A stretch of DNA of 64,000 nucleotides from an uncultured Dehalococcoidales bacterium (GCA_964521325.1 CAZFRL010000003.1:6373-70372); one strand, 5' to 3'. Positions 34,785 through 44,981 are shown, counted from the stretch's first letter. The notes: generated by a model not told the origin, from the sequence alone. A program made the numbers and translations.

Positions 34785-35857
34785 AGGTCAATCAGGATAA
34801 CCGCAAGCTGCTCTACCATCCAAAGAACATCCAGGAATGGTTAAGCAAAGGCACATGCCAACCAGTGACCGCGGAGATTGACCCAAGTTTAATGTGCAAC
34901 CACAAGTGTCCTGAGTGCACCTTCCGTAACTATCTCAAGAAGCAGTTTATTCCAGGGCGTATCCTAAAAAGATTAGTGCCTGAGCTTTCTGCTGCTGGTG
35001 TCAAAGGAGTGATAATTTCCGGGGGGGGAGAGCCACTTACTAATCCTAATACCTATAGGTTTATCGAATTACTTGCCCAAGGAGGGATTGACGTGACCCT
35101 TTCCACTAATGGGCTTACACTGGATAAGAATATGGAATCCCTTCTTCGTCATTGTTTAAGAATCAGAGTATCAGTGGATGCTGCCTCACCCCAGGTCTAT
35201 CTGAAGACCCATGGCGTGTCGGAGTCCTACTTCAAACGGATGTTAGACAATTTGCACGCAGCCGTTCGCCTAAAAAGAAATTTAGGCTTTAGGACTAACC
35301 TTGGCATTAGCTTCCTTGTCTCCAGCCAAACTAAGGAGGATATCGTTCCGGCTATGGCATTGTTTAAAGAAATAGGGTTAGACTTTATCCAATTTAAGCC
35401 GATGCAGAGATATGATGAGAGTAAAAGCCAGTGGTACTATGAGGACATTGGCTCCCTCGAGGAGTATATCGCTAGGAAACATGACTTCGAGAGTGAAACA
35501 TTCAGGATTAGCTTCCTACGGGAGAAATATTTTGTGGGGGAGAAATATGAGAGGGGCTATACCAGGTGTCACGGTGCGTGTTTTGATTTAGTAATTGGCG
35601 CCGATTCTAAGGTATACCTCTGTTGCCATCTCAAGTATAATCCGAGTTATTGCCTTGGAGACCTTCAGTCAGAGCCTCTTATTAATACCATTGAACGAAT
35701 CAGGTCAAATTCTCGCGTGACAAAGGATTGCGTCCCTCTCTGCCGGCTGGACGCTATTAATGAACTCCTTGAAGATTTTCCCAACAATCCAGATAATGCT
35801 ATCCATGTCTTGAACCAGTTTAAAGGGGACGATGCATTGGATAAGAACTGGTTATAA
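34766..35857 (+). CDS. radical SAM enzyme (sugar-modifying, function unknown)
   Basis: 363 aa. CNHKCPECTF (CxxxCxxC), the glycine-rich ISGGGEPL SAM motif and a C-terminal Cys cluster (CHGACF...LCCH...C). Overlaps the rfbF stop. An alternative start is at 34775. Confidence 0.8.
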   Translation: MEGMEVKVNQDNRKLLYHPKNIQEWLSKGTCQPVTAEIDPSLMCNHKCPECTFRNYLKKQFIPGRILKRLVPELSAAGVKGVIISGGGEPLTNPNTYRFIELLAQGGIDVTLSTNGLTLDKNMESLLRHCLRIRVSVDAASPQVYLKTHGVSESYFKRMLDNLHAAVRLKRNLGFRTNLGISFLVSSQTKEDIVPAMALFKEIGLDFIQFKPMQRYDESKSQWYYEDIGSLEEYIARKHDFESETFRISFLREKYFVGEKYERGYTRCHGACFDLVIGADSKVYLCCHLKYNPSYCLGDLQSEPLINTIERIRSNSRVTKDCVPLCRLDAINELLEDFPNNPDNAIHVLNQFKGDDALDKNWL

Positions 35858-35945
35858 CGACCTAGAAGAGATTTATTTAAAATTTTGGCATCGGCTTGGT
35901 CGAGGAATAATAAGAATACATATACCCTAACTTTGGTATGATTTA

Positions 35946-36836
35946 ATGAAAGTAAGTGTGATTGTCCCAACCTATAATCGAGCACATCTTGTAACAGAAA
36001 CCATAGATTCAATATTAAGCCAAACCTTTAAAGACTTTGAGTTGATAATAGTGGATAATAACTCTTCAGACAATACTGAGGAAGTGATTAAGTCATACAA
36101 AGATGAACGTATAAAGTATTTCAAGAACCAGAACAATGGGATAATCGCTGTTAATAGAAATTATGGCATAAGTAAAGCTCAAGGTGAGTATATTGCTTTT
36201 TGTGATGATGACGACTTGTGGTTCCCGGAAAAGCTGGAGAAACAGATGCAGGAGTTTGAAAAGGATAGCCAAATAGGCTTAGTTTGTAACAATGAGATAG
36301 GTTTTGATGATAGGGGAGACCATGGAGAGATGATTAAAACCAAGTTAAGGGGCAGGGACTTCTCCTTTGAATCTCTAATTTGGAATAATCATGTGTCCAG
36401 CTCTACAGCCATGGTGAGAAAGGCTGTTCTAGATGATGTAGGGGTAATGGATGAAAGTCCACAATTCGTGTGTGTGGAAGATTATGAGCTCTGGCTGAGG
36501 ATAGCCCAAAAATACAGGGTCAAATATATAGATTTACCTTTAGGTAAGTATAGAACTCATCCTGGTGCGTATAGGAAAGGAGCTGTCAAAGTGCTAGGGC
36601 TGGACAGGTTAATATACAAAAAGTTATTAGATAAAGGGATATTAAGCCCTGAATTATATCAGAGGAGAATCAGCAAACTTAATCGTCAAATCCTGCTTTT
36701 AAAGTTCCTAACCTATACCGGGACAACTAAATACGCCTTGTTTTTTATGCGGCTACTTCGTAGTTTGAAAAGACTTATAAGTATGACAGGGCTTTTTAAA
36801 AGCCAAGGTACGGAGGACAGATCCCTAGGGGAATAG
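35946..36836 (+). CDS. glycosyltransferase family 2
   Basis: 296 aa. VIVPTYNRAHLV...SQT...IIVDNNSSDNT and CDDDD (DxD). Confidence 0.85.
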   Translation: MKVSVIVPTYNRAHLVTETIDSILSQTFKDFELIIVDNNSSDNTEEVIKSYKDERIKYFKNQNNGIIAVNRNYGISKAQGEYIAFCDDDDLWFPEKLEKQMQEFEKDSQIGLVCNNEIGFDDRGDHGEMIKTKLRGRDFSFESLIWNNHVSSSTAMVRKAVLDDVGVMDESPQFVCVEDYELWLRIAQKYRVKYIDLPLGKYRTHPGAYRKGAVKVLGLDRLIYKKLLDKGILSPELYQRRISKLNRQILLLKFLTYTGTTKYALFFMRLLRSLKRLISMTGLFKSQGTEDRSLGE

Positions 36837-36872
36837 AAATTTATTCAGTACTGGCAAATTAAAGAGCAAGAG

Positions 36873-37997
36873 CTAGGGAAAGTACAGCCCCTTAGTTGCT
36901 TTTTCCAGATGAAATATGTCTGTGCTTTGGTGCAGCGGCAAAACGAGTAGATGTTCAGCTAGAAAATTCGCTGTGGGATATTCTTTATTGCCCTTTACCT
37001 GTCTGGGAAGCCAGGGCCAGTGGTTAACAGGAATCCCTCTGCTTAGTAGCTTCTGCTCAAAACTGCCCCCATCATCGGCAATGATGGGGAATACCTGTGG
37101 GCAGACTCCCTCAAGCAAATCTTCAAAAATTATGGTTACCCTGTGCTTTCTATGCAATCTATCTAGCCAAAATTTGTAATTTTCTCTCCTCCTGTTGACT
37201 ATCTCATCAGGGTCTACTCTTTGTAAAACCTTAAGCGAGAGTCCAGATAGCCTCACTTTAGCCCTTTGATAATCCAGAGTGCTATCTCTTTCCACCTTGG
37301 ACAAAAACTTGTAATAAACATTTCTGAAGTATTGCGATGGAAACTTATAGCGGGCTTCAAGATAACTCAGTAGTGAACTGAGAATATATTTGGAGGGGTT
37401 TATATGTGGAAGGCTCTCTTCGGCTAACCTAATCTGTGAACGGCTTCGGGTCTTCATCAATTGTTCATTGTTTACAAACAAAACTGCTCCATTTGGAACG
37501 GGTAAAATCTTCCAAATGCTGGAGAACCCGATATCCCCTAAGGTCCCCAGTAAGTGTGAGTTCTTTCTGCTCAAAAAGCCGTGAGCATTATCTTCTATGA
37601 GAGTGAGGCCGTGCTCTTTACAGATACTCTGGGTTTCAAGTAGCCTTTGGGGAAAGCCAAAATAATTCACAACCAATATAGCTTTTGTCTTCTGATTTAT
37701 TCTTTTTTTAATATCTTCTATGTCCGGCTCGAGGTTCGTCAGCATCTTATAAAATGCTGTCTGTATGCCTAGTTCGTAGAAAGGCTCAGCGGTTACGTCA
37801 CAGATGTAGGAGGGAAGTAAGACATTGTCACCCTTGGTATAATCTAAAATCTTCAGTCCGTCAAGGAGCGCTATTCTTCCATAGCCAGAGAGTGAGTAAT
37901 TCTTAACGCCATATTGCTCCATCCATTCGAAGAGCTTTCTTTCTTTCTTTTTAAGAAATAGCCCTAGCGTTAAGTGAGGGCTTCCATTAATTAGCAT
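36873..37997 (-). CDS. DegT/DnrJ/EryC1-like PLP-fold protein (divergent)
   Basis: 374 aa. Architecture and motifs (LPSYICDV, ILVVNYFGFP, LIEDNAHGF, SSIWKILPVPNG) parallel the DegT family but are clearly divergent from the 10525 paralogue. Confidence 0.6.
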   Translation of the reverse strand: MLINGSPHLTLGLFLKKKERKLFEWMEQYGVKNYSLSGYGRIALLDGLKILDYTKGDNVLLPSYICDVTAEPFYELGIQTAFYKMLTNLEPDIEDIKKRINQKTKAILVVNYFGFPQRLLETQSICKEHGLTLIEDNAHGFLSRKNSHLLGTLGDIGFSSIWKILPVPNGAVLFVNNEQLMKTRSRSQIRLAEESLPHINPSKYILSSLLSYLEARYKFPSQYFRNVYYKFLSKVERDSTLDYQRAKVRLSGLSLKVLQRVDPDEIVNRRRENYKFWLDRLHRKHRVTIIFEDLLEGVCPQVFPIIADDGGSFEQKLLSRGIPVNHWPWLPRQVKGNKEYPTANFLAEHLLVLPLHQSTDIFHLEKATKGLYFP

Positions 37998-38031
37998 ACA
38001 GACTCCATTGTGGGGGACTCTCCGCCTACTC

Positions 38032-38778
38032 TTAAACTCGATTTAGCAGCTGATACAAGTATTTGGTTAATCTAGTAGTCTGAGAATAGGCTTTTTGGTA
38101 GTTATAGCACTTGACTGTCACGCCACCAAAGCTTTGCTTAAAGAAATTTATATTGCGCTTTGCTTCGTCTCCTTCTGCTTCTTCCTCTGAGGCTAACGTC
38201 CCCATATCAAATTTTTTGATTCCTTTGTCTTTAGCGTATTTTATTGCTTCCCAAATAATTAGTTTACTGGCATTACCTACTAAAGTAACACGTTCTTTAG
38301 CCTTTTCAAATCGCTTAGACCCGATTACCCAGGAGATCATATTATCTTCGTCTTCCAAATAGCCGTGGCCACTAATAATTTCGCCATTAAACTCAGCAAC
38401 AAATAGCGTCACATTCTTTTTAATATCTTCCTGGCTTAGTAGAAAGCCCGATACCGCCTTTGTTTTCTTAACCGAACGGTACATTTCATAGAACTCACCA
38501 TAATTTTGATTTAGCTTAATTTTGACACCAGCCCGCTCCGCCCGGTTTATGGGTTTTCTGCAGTTGCCTCTACTCATATTTGTCCAGATAGTATCTAAAT
38601 CTCGGGTCAAATTAATGATTGAGGTAAACGCTGGCACGCAAGTAAATCCTTCAGCATCAACCTTGTTCTTGCAATGAACGAACGTCACGCTATCACAATT
38701 ACTAACTTCGACGGGATAATCGCAGAACTGTATTTCCTTAATTTTGAATAGAAGAATTTTCCTATCAACGACTAACAT
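38032..38778 (-). CDS. FemAB-like / GNAT-fold acyl- or aminoacyl-transferase (single-domain)
   Basis: 248 aa. RKPINRAERAGVKI, the WEAIKYAKDKGIKKFDMG block and the C-terminal FFKQSFGG motif are typical of FemABX/Acetyltransf_6-type proteins. Confidence 0.65.
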   Translation of the reverse strand: MLVVDRKILLFKIKEIQFCDYPVEVSNCDSVTFVHCKNKVDAEGFTCVPAFTSIINLTRDLDTIWTNMSRGNCRKPINRAERAGVKIKLNQNYGEFYEMYRSVKKTKAVSGFLLSQEDIKKNVTLFVAEFNGEIISGHGYLEDEDNMISWVIGSKRFEKAKERVTLVGNASKLIIWEAIKYAKDKGIKKFDMGTLASEEEAEGDEAKRNINFFKQSFGGVTVKCYNYQKAYSQTTRLTKYLYQLLNRV

Positions 38779-39700
38779 TGTGGTTTCCTCTGTTTTGATT
38801 CAAGCAAGAAGCCAAATCTCCCATGGTCATCACCTTCAACGTACCTTCGTCTCTCTTTTGAGACACTATAGCCAGGAATGTTTCCAAATCTTGTAACAAT
38901 CCCTTAGACAGTAGCAGGCTCCAGGGATGCAGCCAAATGTGGAAAACCTTGTTGGTTCGGATAGTTCTCCTAAGGCCTGTCTTAGCCCGAGATAGTAAGG
39001 TGAAAGGCACAAAAGGGTCATAAAAAGACATGGACCCGGGTATTTCCCAGATATCTTCTTTCCACAAAGGTAGAACCGGGAGCGCTATGAGCTTACCTAT
39101 TGCTCCACTAGCTTTACGAATTAACAGTGGTGCGGTCTTCTTACAGAGCTTGGCGTCGTTGCCTCGGTAGATTTTAATTCCTTGACCCTTAAGGGCATCT
39201 ATATGCCCTATAAAATTCCCAGGGAAGACAAACGATTGTGGGGCGAAACCCCATTTCCGCATTAAATTCACACCCAATTCAACTTCCAGCCTAGCTGCTT
39301 CTTGATTACAAAGAGAAAACGGAATATGGAAAAAGGAGTGAAGACCAATTTCGTGAGTTACCGGGCTAGCTAGGATTTCATTGATTATATCGGGAGCAGA
39401 ATAGAGTGGCGAACTACAAATCTGACAATAGAAATCCCAATTGACCCAGCCATCCTTAAACTGAGGCAGATCCTTGGATATCCATCTTTTCCCCTCGCCT
39501 TGATTCAGGAACAGGTGCCCAACTACTGCCCAACTTGCTGGAATATTGTATCTCTGAAGCAGGTTGAGGAGTAGCTTAGCAACTCCCCTACCACATTGCG
39601 GGTCGTTGTTAAGTAATCTTAGAGCTTTATGTTCCGGATGTGCGATAAAGCCCCACCCCAACTCAAGATCTAAACTTATGACAAAAACGGGCTTAGCCAT
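38765..39700 (-). CDS. polysaccharide deacetylase-like (CE4-related) protein
   Basis: 311 aa. N-terminal VFVISLDLELGWG and later HSFFH/HPW His motifs resemble the polysaccharide-deacetylase subfamily found in EPS loci. Confidence 0.6.
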   Translation of the reverse strand: MAKPVFVISLDLELGWGFIAHPEHKALRLLNNDPQCGRGVAKLLLNLLQRYNIPASWAVVGHLFLNQGEGKRWISKDLPQFKDGWVNWDFYCQICSSPLYSAPDIINEILASPVTHEIGLHSFFHIPFSLCNQEAARLEVELGVNLMRKWGFAPQSFVFPGNFIGHIDALKGQGIKIYRGNDAKLCKKTAPLLIRKASGAIGKLIALPVLPLWKEDIWEIPGSMSFYDPFVPFTLLSRAKTGLRRTIRTNKVFHIWLHPWSLLLSKGLLQDLETFLAIVSQKRDEGTLKVMTMGDLASCLNQNRGNHNVSR

Positions 39701-39884
39701 CTATTTATTATAGAAGTCATTATACTTCAACACTTTTGGCAAGTCAATGGACAGCAGGCTTTTTAAAAATAAACAACCTAATTTATGCTGTGTTTGTGGC
39801 TGATTGAACTTGTGCCCCACAGGTACATAAGAGTATAATGAGTTAGCATATTTGTAGGACATCTGGCTTATTATGTGCCAAATC

Positions 39885-41618
39885 ATGAAAAGAAATAATC
39901 TTCCCTTCATAGCTGCAATTCTTTTCTTTGTCTGTATAACATTATTACTCGTATATCTTCTAGGAATGCGTCTTTATTCTCCGCTCCCGACTGCTGTTTT
40001 TTGGGTCCTAGTTATCACCGCAATTTCGGCAATGGTATTTCAAATTGCCAGAGTTCCGTGGCCCGGTTATGAACCACTCTTAGTCGTAGAAATTTTAATG
40101 TTCAGCATTATATTGCACATGATTCATCTAGTCCCTCACTATGGCTTCAGCGGTTTTGATTCACTGAGAAATTTGATGGTAGTAAGGGAAACCATTGAAC
40201 AAGGCATGCTATCGCCTGACAGGCTAGGTGCCGCATCTATTGCTGCCTGGCCCTTATTACATATGTGGAGTGCCGAGCTGCACTTCATTACTGGGATTAC
40301 CCCACGAAATATTGCTATGTGGTTTCCATCATTAGTTATTAGCAGCCTTTTTGCTTTACTCTTCTATATCTCTATGAAGCGGGTATTTAAAAGCAAGCAA
40401 GTTGCATTATTAGCCATGTTACTGATGGTGACAATACTATATTTCACATTTAGCGGGGCAATTTTTAAACAGGAATTTTTCGCCTTAGTTATGATGATGG
40501 CTGTGCTTTACTTTTTAACCAAGACACAGGTAAACAATAAGACACGGTTTGCTGTCCTTTCGATCTTATGTTTAGCCGGGGTTATATTTTCCCACCATTT
40601 AACTGCTTTTCTCTTATTGCTCCTTCTTATTGTGTGGCTAATCACTAACCGCCTTTTGGATATACTTGGCGGTAAGTGGCTGGCTTCTCCCAAAAAGGCA
40701 ACCCTTGGCATAACTGGGATATTCACGCTACTTACTTTTATAGGAGTATTTGCTTACCAGATATATATAAATGAATCACTCCTATCGACTTTAATCAGCC
40801 TAAGTCGAGACCTCTTATATGGTGAACAGGGTGTGACACTTGCCGAAACAGCATACGTCGTAAACCCACAAGTCATAATAACAACTACGGGACAAATAAC
40901 ATTCTGGGGCTATTACCTTTTTCACACAGTGTTTGCCATCATTTTGCTGCGTGGCTTACTTTCCCGGTCTAAAGAGAGATTTCCTGAATTTTACTCACTT
41001 ATCCTCCTCTTGTTTGTATATGGGGTTTGGGCACTTGTGCAGTTATACCTTCTGAATGTGAGAACAGCCGGGGTTGTTACTGTAGAACGCTTGCTTATGT
41101 TAGGATGGATTTGGGGACTTGCACCGCTAGTTATTTGCGTTTTGGAGAGCAAGCCAAGATGGGGTAAGCAACTCGGCATAATAGTACTGGCTGCGTTTAT
41201 GGTGTTTAATGTTTATATGATACCACCTGTGGATTGGGACTTCCAGGCATCTGGAAGGATGGAAGGACATGTGGTTTTAAGGGAAGACTATGCTCTAGCT
41301 AAGACGTTAGCCCTTACCGGCGAGGGGGGAACCTTCAAGATGACCGGTATGGCAATCTATGATGTTCAAGGTTACTACAGTCCTTATTACCATCTGGGCA
41401 AAGTTGGCCCTGAATATTTGGAAACGTTTAACTGGATAGCTATTAAGAAAAAAGAGCTAGAAGCCTATGTCGAAACCGGCAATAGACTCATAGGAATGGG
41501 CAGACCATTCAGTTATAATATGGATATGCTGAATGAACTCGAGGAAATGATAATCGAAGATTCTTCCCAGAGTAGGGATAGGATTTACGATTCCAACAAT
41601 CTCGCCGTGTTTAAATAA
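39885..41618 (+). CDS. polytopic membrane protein (~14 TM) with C-terminal soluble domain; possible GT-C-fold glycosyltransferase or polymerase
   Basis: The track ORF is 39873-41618; the ATG at 39885 (MKRNNLPF) is equally possible. Many hydrophobic helices, an acidic first loop (GFSGFD) and a ~130-aa hydrophilic tail. Confidence 0.6.
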   Translation: MKRNNLPFIAAILFFVCITLLLVYLLGMRLYSPLPTAVFWVLVITAISAMVFQIARVPWPGYEPLLVVEILMFSIILHMIHLVPHYGFSGFDSLRNLMVVRETIEQGMLSPDRLGAASIAAWPLLHMWSAELHFITGITPRNIAMWFPSLVISSLFALLFYISMKRVFKSKQVALLAMLLMVTILYFTFSGAIFKQEFFALVMMMAVLYFLTKTQVNNKTRFAVLSILCLAGVIFSHHLTAFLLLLLLIVWLITNRLLDILGGKWLASPKKATLGITGIFTLLTFIGVFAYQIYINESLLSTLISLSRDLLYGEQGVTLAETAYVVNPQVIITTTGQITFWGYYLFHTVFAIILLRGLLSRSKERFPEFYSLILLLFVYGVWALVQLYLLNVRTAGVVTVERLLMLGWIWGLAPLVICVLESKPRWGKQLGIIVLAAFMVFNVYMIPPVDWDFQASGRMEGHVVLREDYALAKTLALTGEGGTFKMTGMAIYDVQGYYSPYYHLGKVGPEYLETFNWIAIKKKELEAYVETGNRLIGMGRPFSYNMDMLNELEEMIIEDSSQSRDRIYDSNNLAVFK

Positions 41619-41705
41619 GCCATATTAGAATAGCGAGCAGTGATTTGGTGTGATTCATTCGCAGGAAAGTATAGCACCCAGTAATCTGGAACAATCGATA
41701 AACAT

Positions 41706-42749
41706 CTAGGCCCTCACCCTAGGGCGAAACATGTAGCCCCAAATTCCTCTAATAATTCCGATAGCAACAGCAAAGAAACCAATATAGCCCACCATAAGTA
41801 CTAACACGGCGTCTTTTGTTTTTTGAATGTACTGCCTTACCTTCATTAATTGAACGAGATAAAAAACTAAAGGTGATACTAAAATCACCAATGATAAATA
41901 CAAAAGTGGCGCAATCTTGAGTAGAAATCCTAGTGTTAAGAGGACGACTAGAATCGGCACAAACCCAGCATTAAACAGGTAGCGAATTCCCATCTTAGAA
42001 GGGTGTTTACGATACATGGCTATTCCCCCGCTGGCACGGTGGTAGGCTTGCTTTATATAATCCCTAATACTGGGTCTAGGGTGTACATACACGATAGCCT
42101 CTGGTTTGAACGCTATCCGATAGCCCATCTGTTCCACCCTCCAAAGGATATCGTGGTCTTCTCCCGCTGACAAAGTAGTGTCGAATCCTCTCACTGCCTC
42201 AAATACGCTCTTTCTGAAGGATTGATTTGTCCCCACACTTTTACCACTACGACTCATGCGCCCATAACGGTCATGGATTCTTGTAACCTTTCGTCCACCG
42301 TAGGCACATACATAGAGTTGGGCAATGGTTCTCTGGCGCCAGTTTTTAACATCGTATTCTACATGCGAGCTACCTACTACTGTGCCTACATCTGAATCCT
42401 CATATCCTTCCACTAGGTTCCTTACCCAGCTTTCGCACACCCTATCATCGGCATCTGTGGTCATCAATATTTCACCGATTGCATTTCTAGCCCCGGTGTT
42501 TATTGCTGCGCTAACACCCTTGTTATAGTCATGGCACACTAGCTTGACCGGATAGCGTGATACAATCCCCCTAGAGCGATCACTAGAGCCGTCATCAACC
42601 ACAATTATTTCCATTTTCTCTGAAGGATAATCCTGCTGAAGTAGCGCCTTGATAGCAGTGCTGACTGTTGATTCGGCATTATAGACAGGCAGAATCACAG
42701 ACACAAATGGAAGCTTCTGCTTGTCTTTCCCTTTTCGATTACTTGCCAT
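41706..42749 (-). CDS. glycosyltransferase family 2 with C-terminal TM helices (processive-type architecture)
   Basis: 347 aa. VILPVYNAE, VVDDGSSD and TDADD, with 3 C-terminal hydrophobic helices. Confidence 0.85.
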   Translation of the reverse strand: MASNRKGKDKQKLPFVSVILPVYNAESTVSTAIKALLQQDYPSEKMEIIVVDDGSSDRSRGIVSRYPVKLVCHDYNKGVSAAINTGARNAIGEILMTTDADDRVCESWVRNLVEGYEDSDVGTVVGSSHVEYDVKNWRQRTIAQLYVCAYGGRKVTRIHDRYGRMSRSGKSVGTNQSFRKSVFEAVRGFDTTLSAGEDHDILWRVEQMGYRIAFKPEAIVYVHPRPSIRDYIKQAYHRASGGIAMYRKHPSKMGIRYLFNAGFVPILVVLLTLGFLLKIAPLLYLSLVILVSPLVFYLVQLMKVRQYIQKTKDAVLVLMVGYIGFFAVAIGIIRGIWGYMFRPRVRA

Positions 42750-43866
42750 GTATATTCCCTAATGGTAATTGTCCTTCCCTTCTCCAAGGAATGTCGTTAC
42801 CATTAAACAGCTCATTGGCAACCCTGTGGCAATTACCTTGATAAACAGGATAGTTTCTCTTACATTCTATAAGGGCTGAAAGAAAATCCTCTTTCACTGG
42901 CTTAGCCATGCATCCACACTGATACTTCCTCACTATTTCTGCGATTTCAGGCACATCGGTAGTTACCACCGGCCTGCCACAGACTAGTGACTCTACAGCT
43001 GATAGTGGAATCTCCGGACTATCCCTCAGGGTAAGGAAGGGGGTAACAGTAATGTGAGTTTGGGCATATAACGAGGGGGTATCAGCTACCCGGTTAATAA
43101 CCTCGACTCGGTTTTCCAAATCTAGCTCCTTAATTTTTCTATGCAGAGTTTGATTATACTTTCCTCTCCACAAAAGGTACAACGAGGCTTTATGATGCTG
43201 GCTAAACTCAGCAAAGGATTCTAAGAGTAAGTCCAGCCCTTTTTCGATAAATGGGGCTTCACTTTCACTCTCCATATTGGGAGCACTGGCAAAAAGTATC
43301 CTAAACTCTTTAATATCGGGTGGTTCACTGTATTTGAATCGGCTTGAATCAACCCAGGGATAGATAAGGAATATCTTTCTGGACTCTACTCCCATAACCG
43401 TTAGTTGTTCTTTTATTCGGCGGCTCTGGGCGATTATAGCCGGTAATTTAGGAGCGAATTTACTAGTAAAGGTCTTGACTATGTCATCGTCAAAGCTAAA
43501 GGGGAGGACATTAATAATAGGAATGCACTTTCTTAAATCCAAAAGGGGAAGGAATCCACTGTTGATGCTGGCTGATAAATATATTATATCGAATCTCCTT
43601 TCAAACAGCTTGACAAAGGGGTAAAAGAAGGCACCATTAACTAGCCGGAGGAAAGGATTCGGCTTTTCCGCCCTTAAGAATCGAGTGTTTATGATGAGAT
43701 ATTGCCCCATCTTCTTAAGCGGCAAAAAACCCAGATTATTGCAGGTCAATACCGGAACTTTGAGCTCTTGCGAAAGCAAATACATCTGATTGGCATATGC
43801 TTCATTAAAGTGCGGGGCAAGTGCATCCCCAACTATACCTATTTTCCGATTAAGCTTCGCATTCAT
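42739..43866 (-). CDS. glycosyltransferase, GT-B fold (GT4-like)
   Basis: 375 aa. The C-terminal SAVESLVCGRPVVTTDVPEIAEIV (E-x7-E-like region) is typical of GT4. Confidence 0.75.
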   Translation of the reverse strand: MNAKLNRKIGIVGDALAPHFNEAYANQMYLLSQELKVPVLTCNNLGFLPLKKMGQYLIINTRFLRAEKPNPFLRLVNGAFFYPFVKLFERRFDIIYLSASINSGFLPLLDLRKCIPIINVLPFSFDDDIVKTFTSKFAPKLPAIIAQSRRIKEQLTVMGVESRKIFLIYPWVDSSRFKYSEPPDIKEFRILFASAPNMESESEAPFIEKGLDLLLESFAEFSQHHKASLYLLWRGKYNQTLHRKIKELDLENRVEVINRVADTPSLYAQTHITVTPFLTLRDSPEIPLSAVESLVCGRPVVTTDVPEIAEIVRKYQCGCMAKPVKEDFLSALIECKRNYPVYQGNCHRVANELFNGNDIPWRREGQLPLGNIHGK

Positions 43867-43883
43867 GGTTTTAGGGTTTAAGC

Positions 43884-44981
43884 TCAGCAGATTCTGGCTA
43901 TAAACTGGTAAATTTGGTTGAAGGTATCTGGGCTGTAGGCAGACGGAATTTCTACCTTGTAGGCTGGTATATTCTCCAGACTGCTTCTCAAGCTCTCGGC
44001 TAGTTTCCTTTCCTGGGTAGCGACCAGGCTGTTGGGGAAAACAAAAGAGTAAGCGAGCATGTACCGTAGAAAGGGAGCGGAGCTTATACCAAAACTGGAC
44101 ATACCCATGCCTGAAAAGTCCTCCAGTCTGGCACTAAGTAGCAGGCTGTCTACGATTTGTTCTAAAGAAGCCTGGGGAAGGGGTTCAAAATTAACTCGTT
44201 TATCGGCATGTAATCCGCTGCTCCTAGTGATTAAGAGCAGAGTCTTTAATTTAGCCGATTTAGTCTCGTTCCCTCCAGCTTTTCCATGCTTGTCTCTCAG
44301 ATACCGGGCAATAAATTGAGCCTGTTGGAGAATACCAAAATTTGTCTCGTTAGACAACTGTTTGGTCATAAAGTCAAACATGGCAGGATTCATAGGAAAG
44401 TCCAAAATCTTATTCTGGTGCAGAATCACTCTGTCGTCGCCGAGGCAGGTAAAGCCAGCACAACGCACAAAATCCATACACAGCGAGGTCTTAAAGCCAC
44501 CAGCTCGTCCACTGAGCAAGTATGCCTGATTATCCTTGCTCACGGCTGCTGAATGGGTTAGAAAGTAGCCTTTCAGGCTCAGTTTATGCTCGATGATTCT
44601 GAGTAAGAAGGCTTGAGGAAAGAACAGGGATATGCGAACCAAGCTGAAAGGCTGCATTTGAAATTGCCTACTCGAATGGAGATTGATTATAGTATTTCCC
44701 TGTTCAAACCCTTTTATCTCCACATTCCAGCTTGCCCTCCCCTCAGACTCATGGCAGTAGAAGTAGTTATCCTTGATGTAATATTTATAGTCTACGAGGT
44801 AGCAGTTCTCATTTGAAGGGGTAAACCTGCCTATATTCAGGACTATATCCGGCTTTTCCACTTGCTCAACCTGAAAACAGGAGAACCTCAGGTTTATCAA
44901 GTCCCCGAAGTCAAATTTTCTATCCCTGATTATCTGAAATTTCAGGATGTCATGGATATTGTAGCTTAAAATCTGTTTCAT
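43884..44981 (-). CDS. HPr-kinase-like (HprK C-domain/PEPCK-like P-loop) protein, degenerate Walker A (paralogue B)
   Basis: 365 aa. THSAAVSKDNQAYLLSGRAGGFKTSLCMDFVRCAGFTCLGDDRVIL parallels the HprK/P pattern HG.......G.LI.G.SG.GKSE.AL.L..RGH.LVADD. The GK of the P-loop is FK, and the DD is retained. Confidence 0.6.
   Translation of the reverse strand: MKQILSYNIHDILKFQIIRDRKFDFGDLINLRFSCFQVEQVEKPDIVLNIGRFTPSNENCYLVDYKYYIKDNYFYCHESEGRASWNVEIKGFEQGNTIINLHSSRQFQMQPFSLVRISLFFPQAFLLRIIEHKLSLKGYFLTHSAAVSKDNQAYLLSGRAGGFKTSLCMDFVRCAGFTCLGDDRVILHQNKILDFPMNPAMFDFMTKQLSNETNFGILQQAQFIARYLRDKHGKAGGNETKSAKLKTLLLITRSSGLHADKRVNFEPLPQASLEQIVDSLLLSARLEDFSGMGMSSFGISSAPFLRYMLAYSFVFPNSLVATQERKLAESLRSSLENIPAYKVEIPSAYSPDTFNQIYQFIARIC

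Noticed and set aside
39701-39910. 69-aa ORF on the minus strand in the divergent intergenic region
   Set aside because: It sits in an AT-rich promoter region and overlaps the start of the 39873/39885 gene. It has no SD and a low-complexity sequence, so it is probably not coding.
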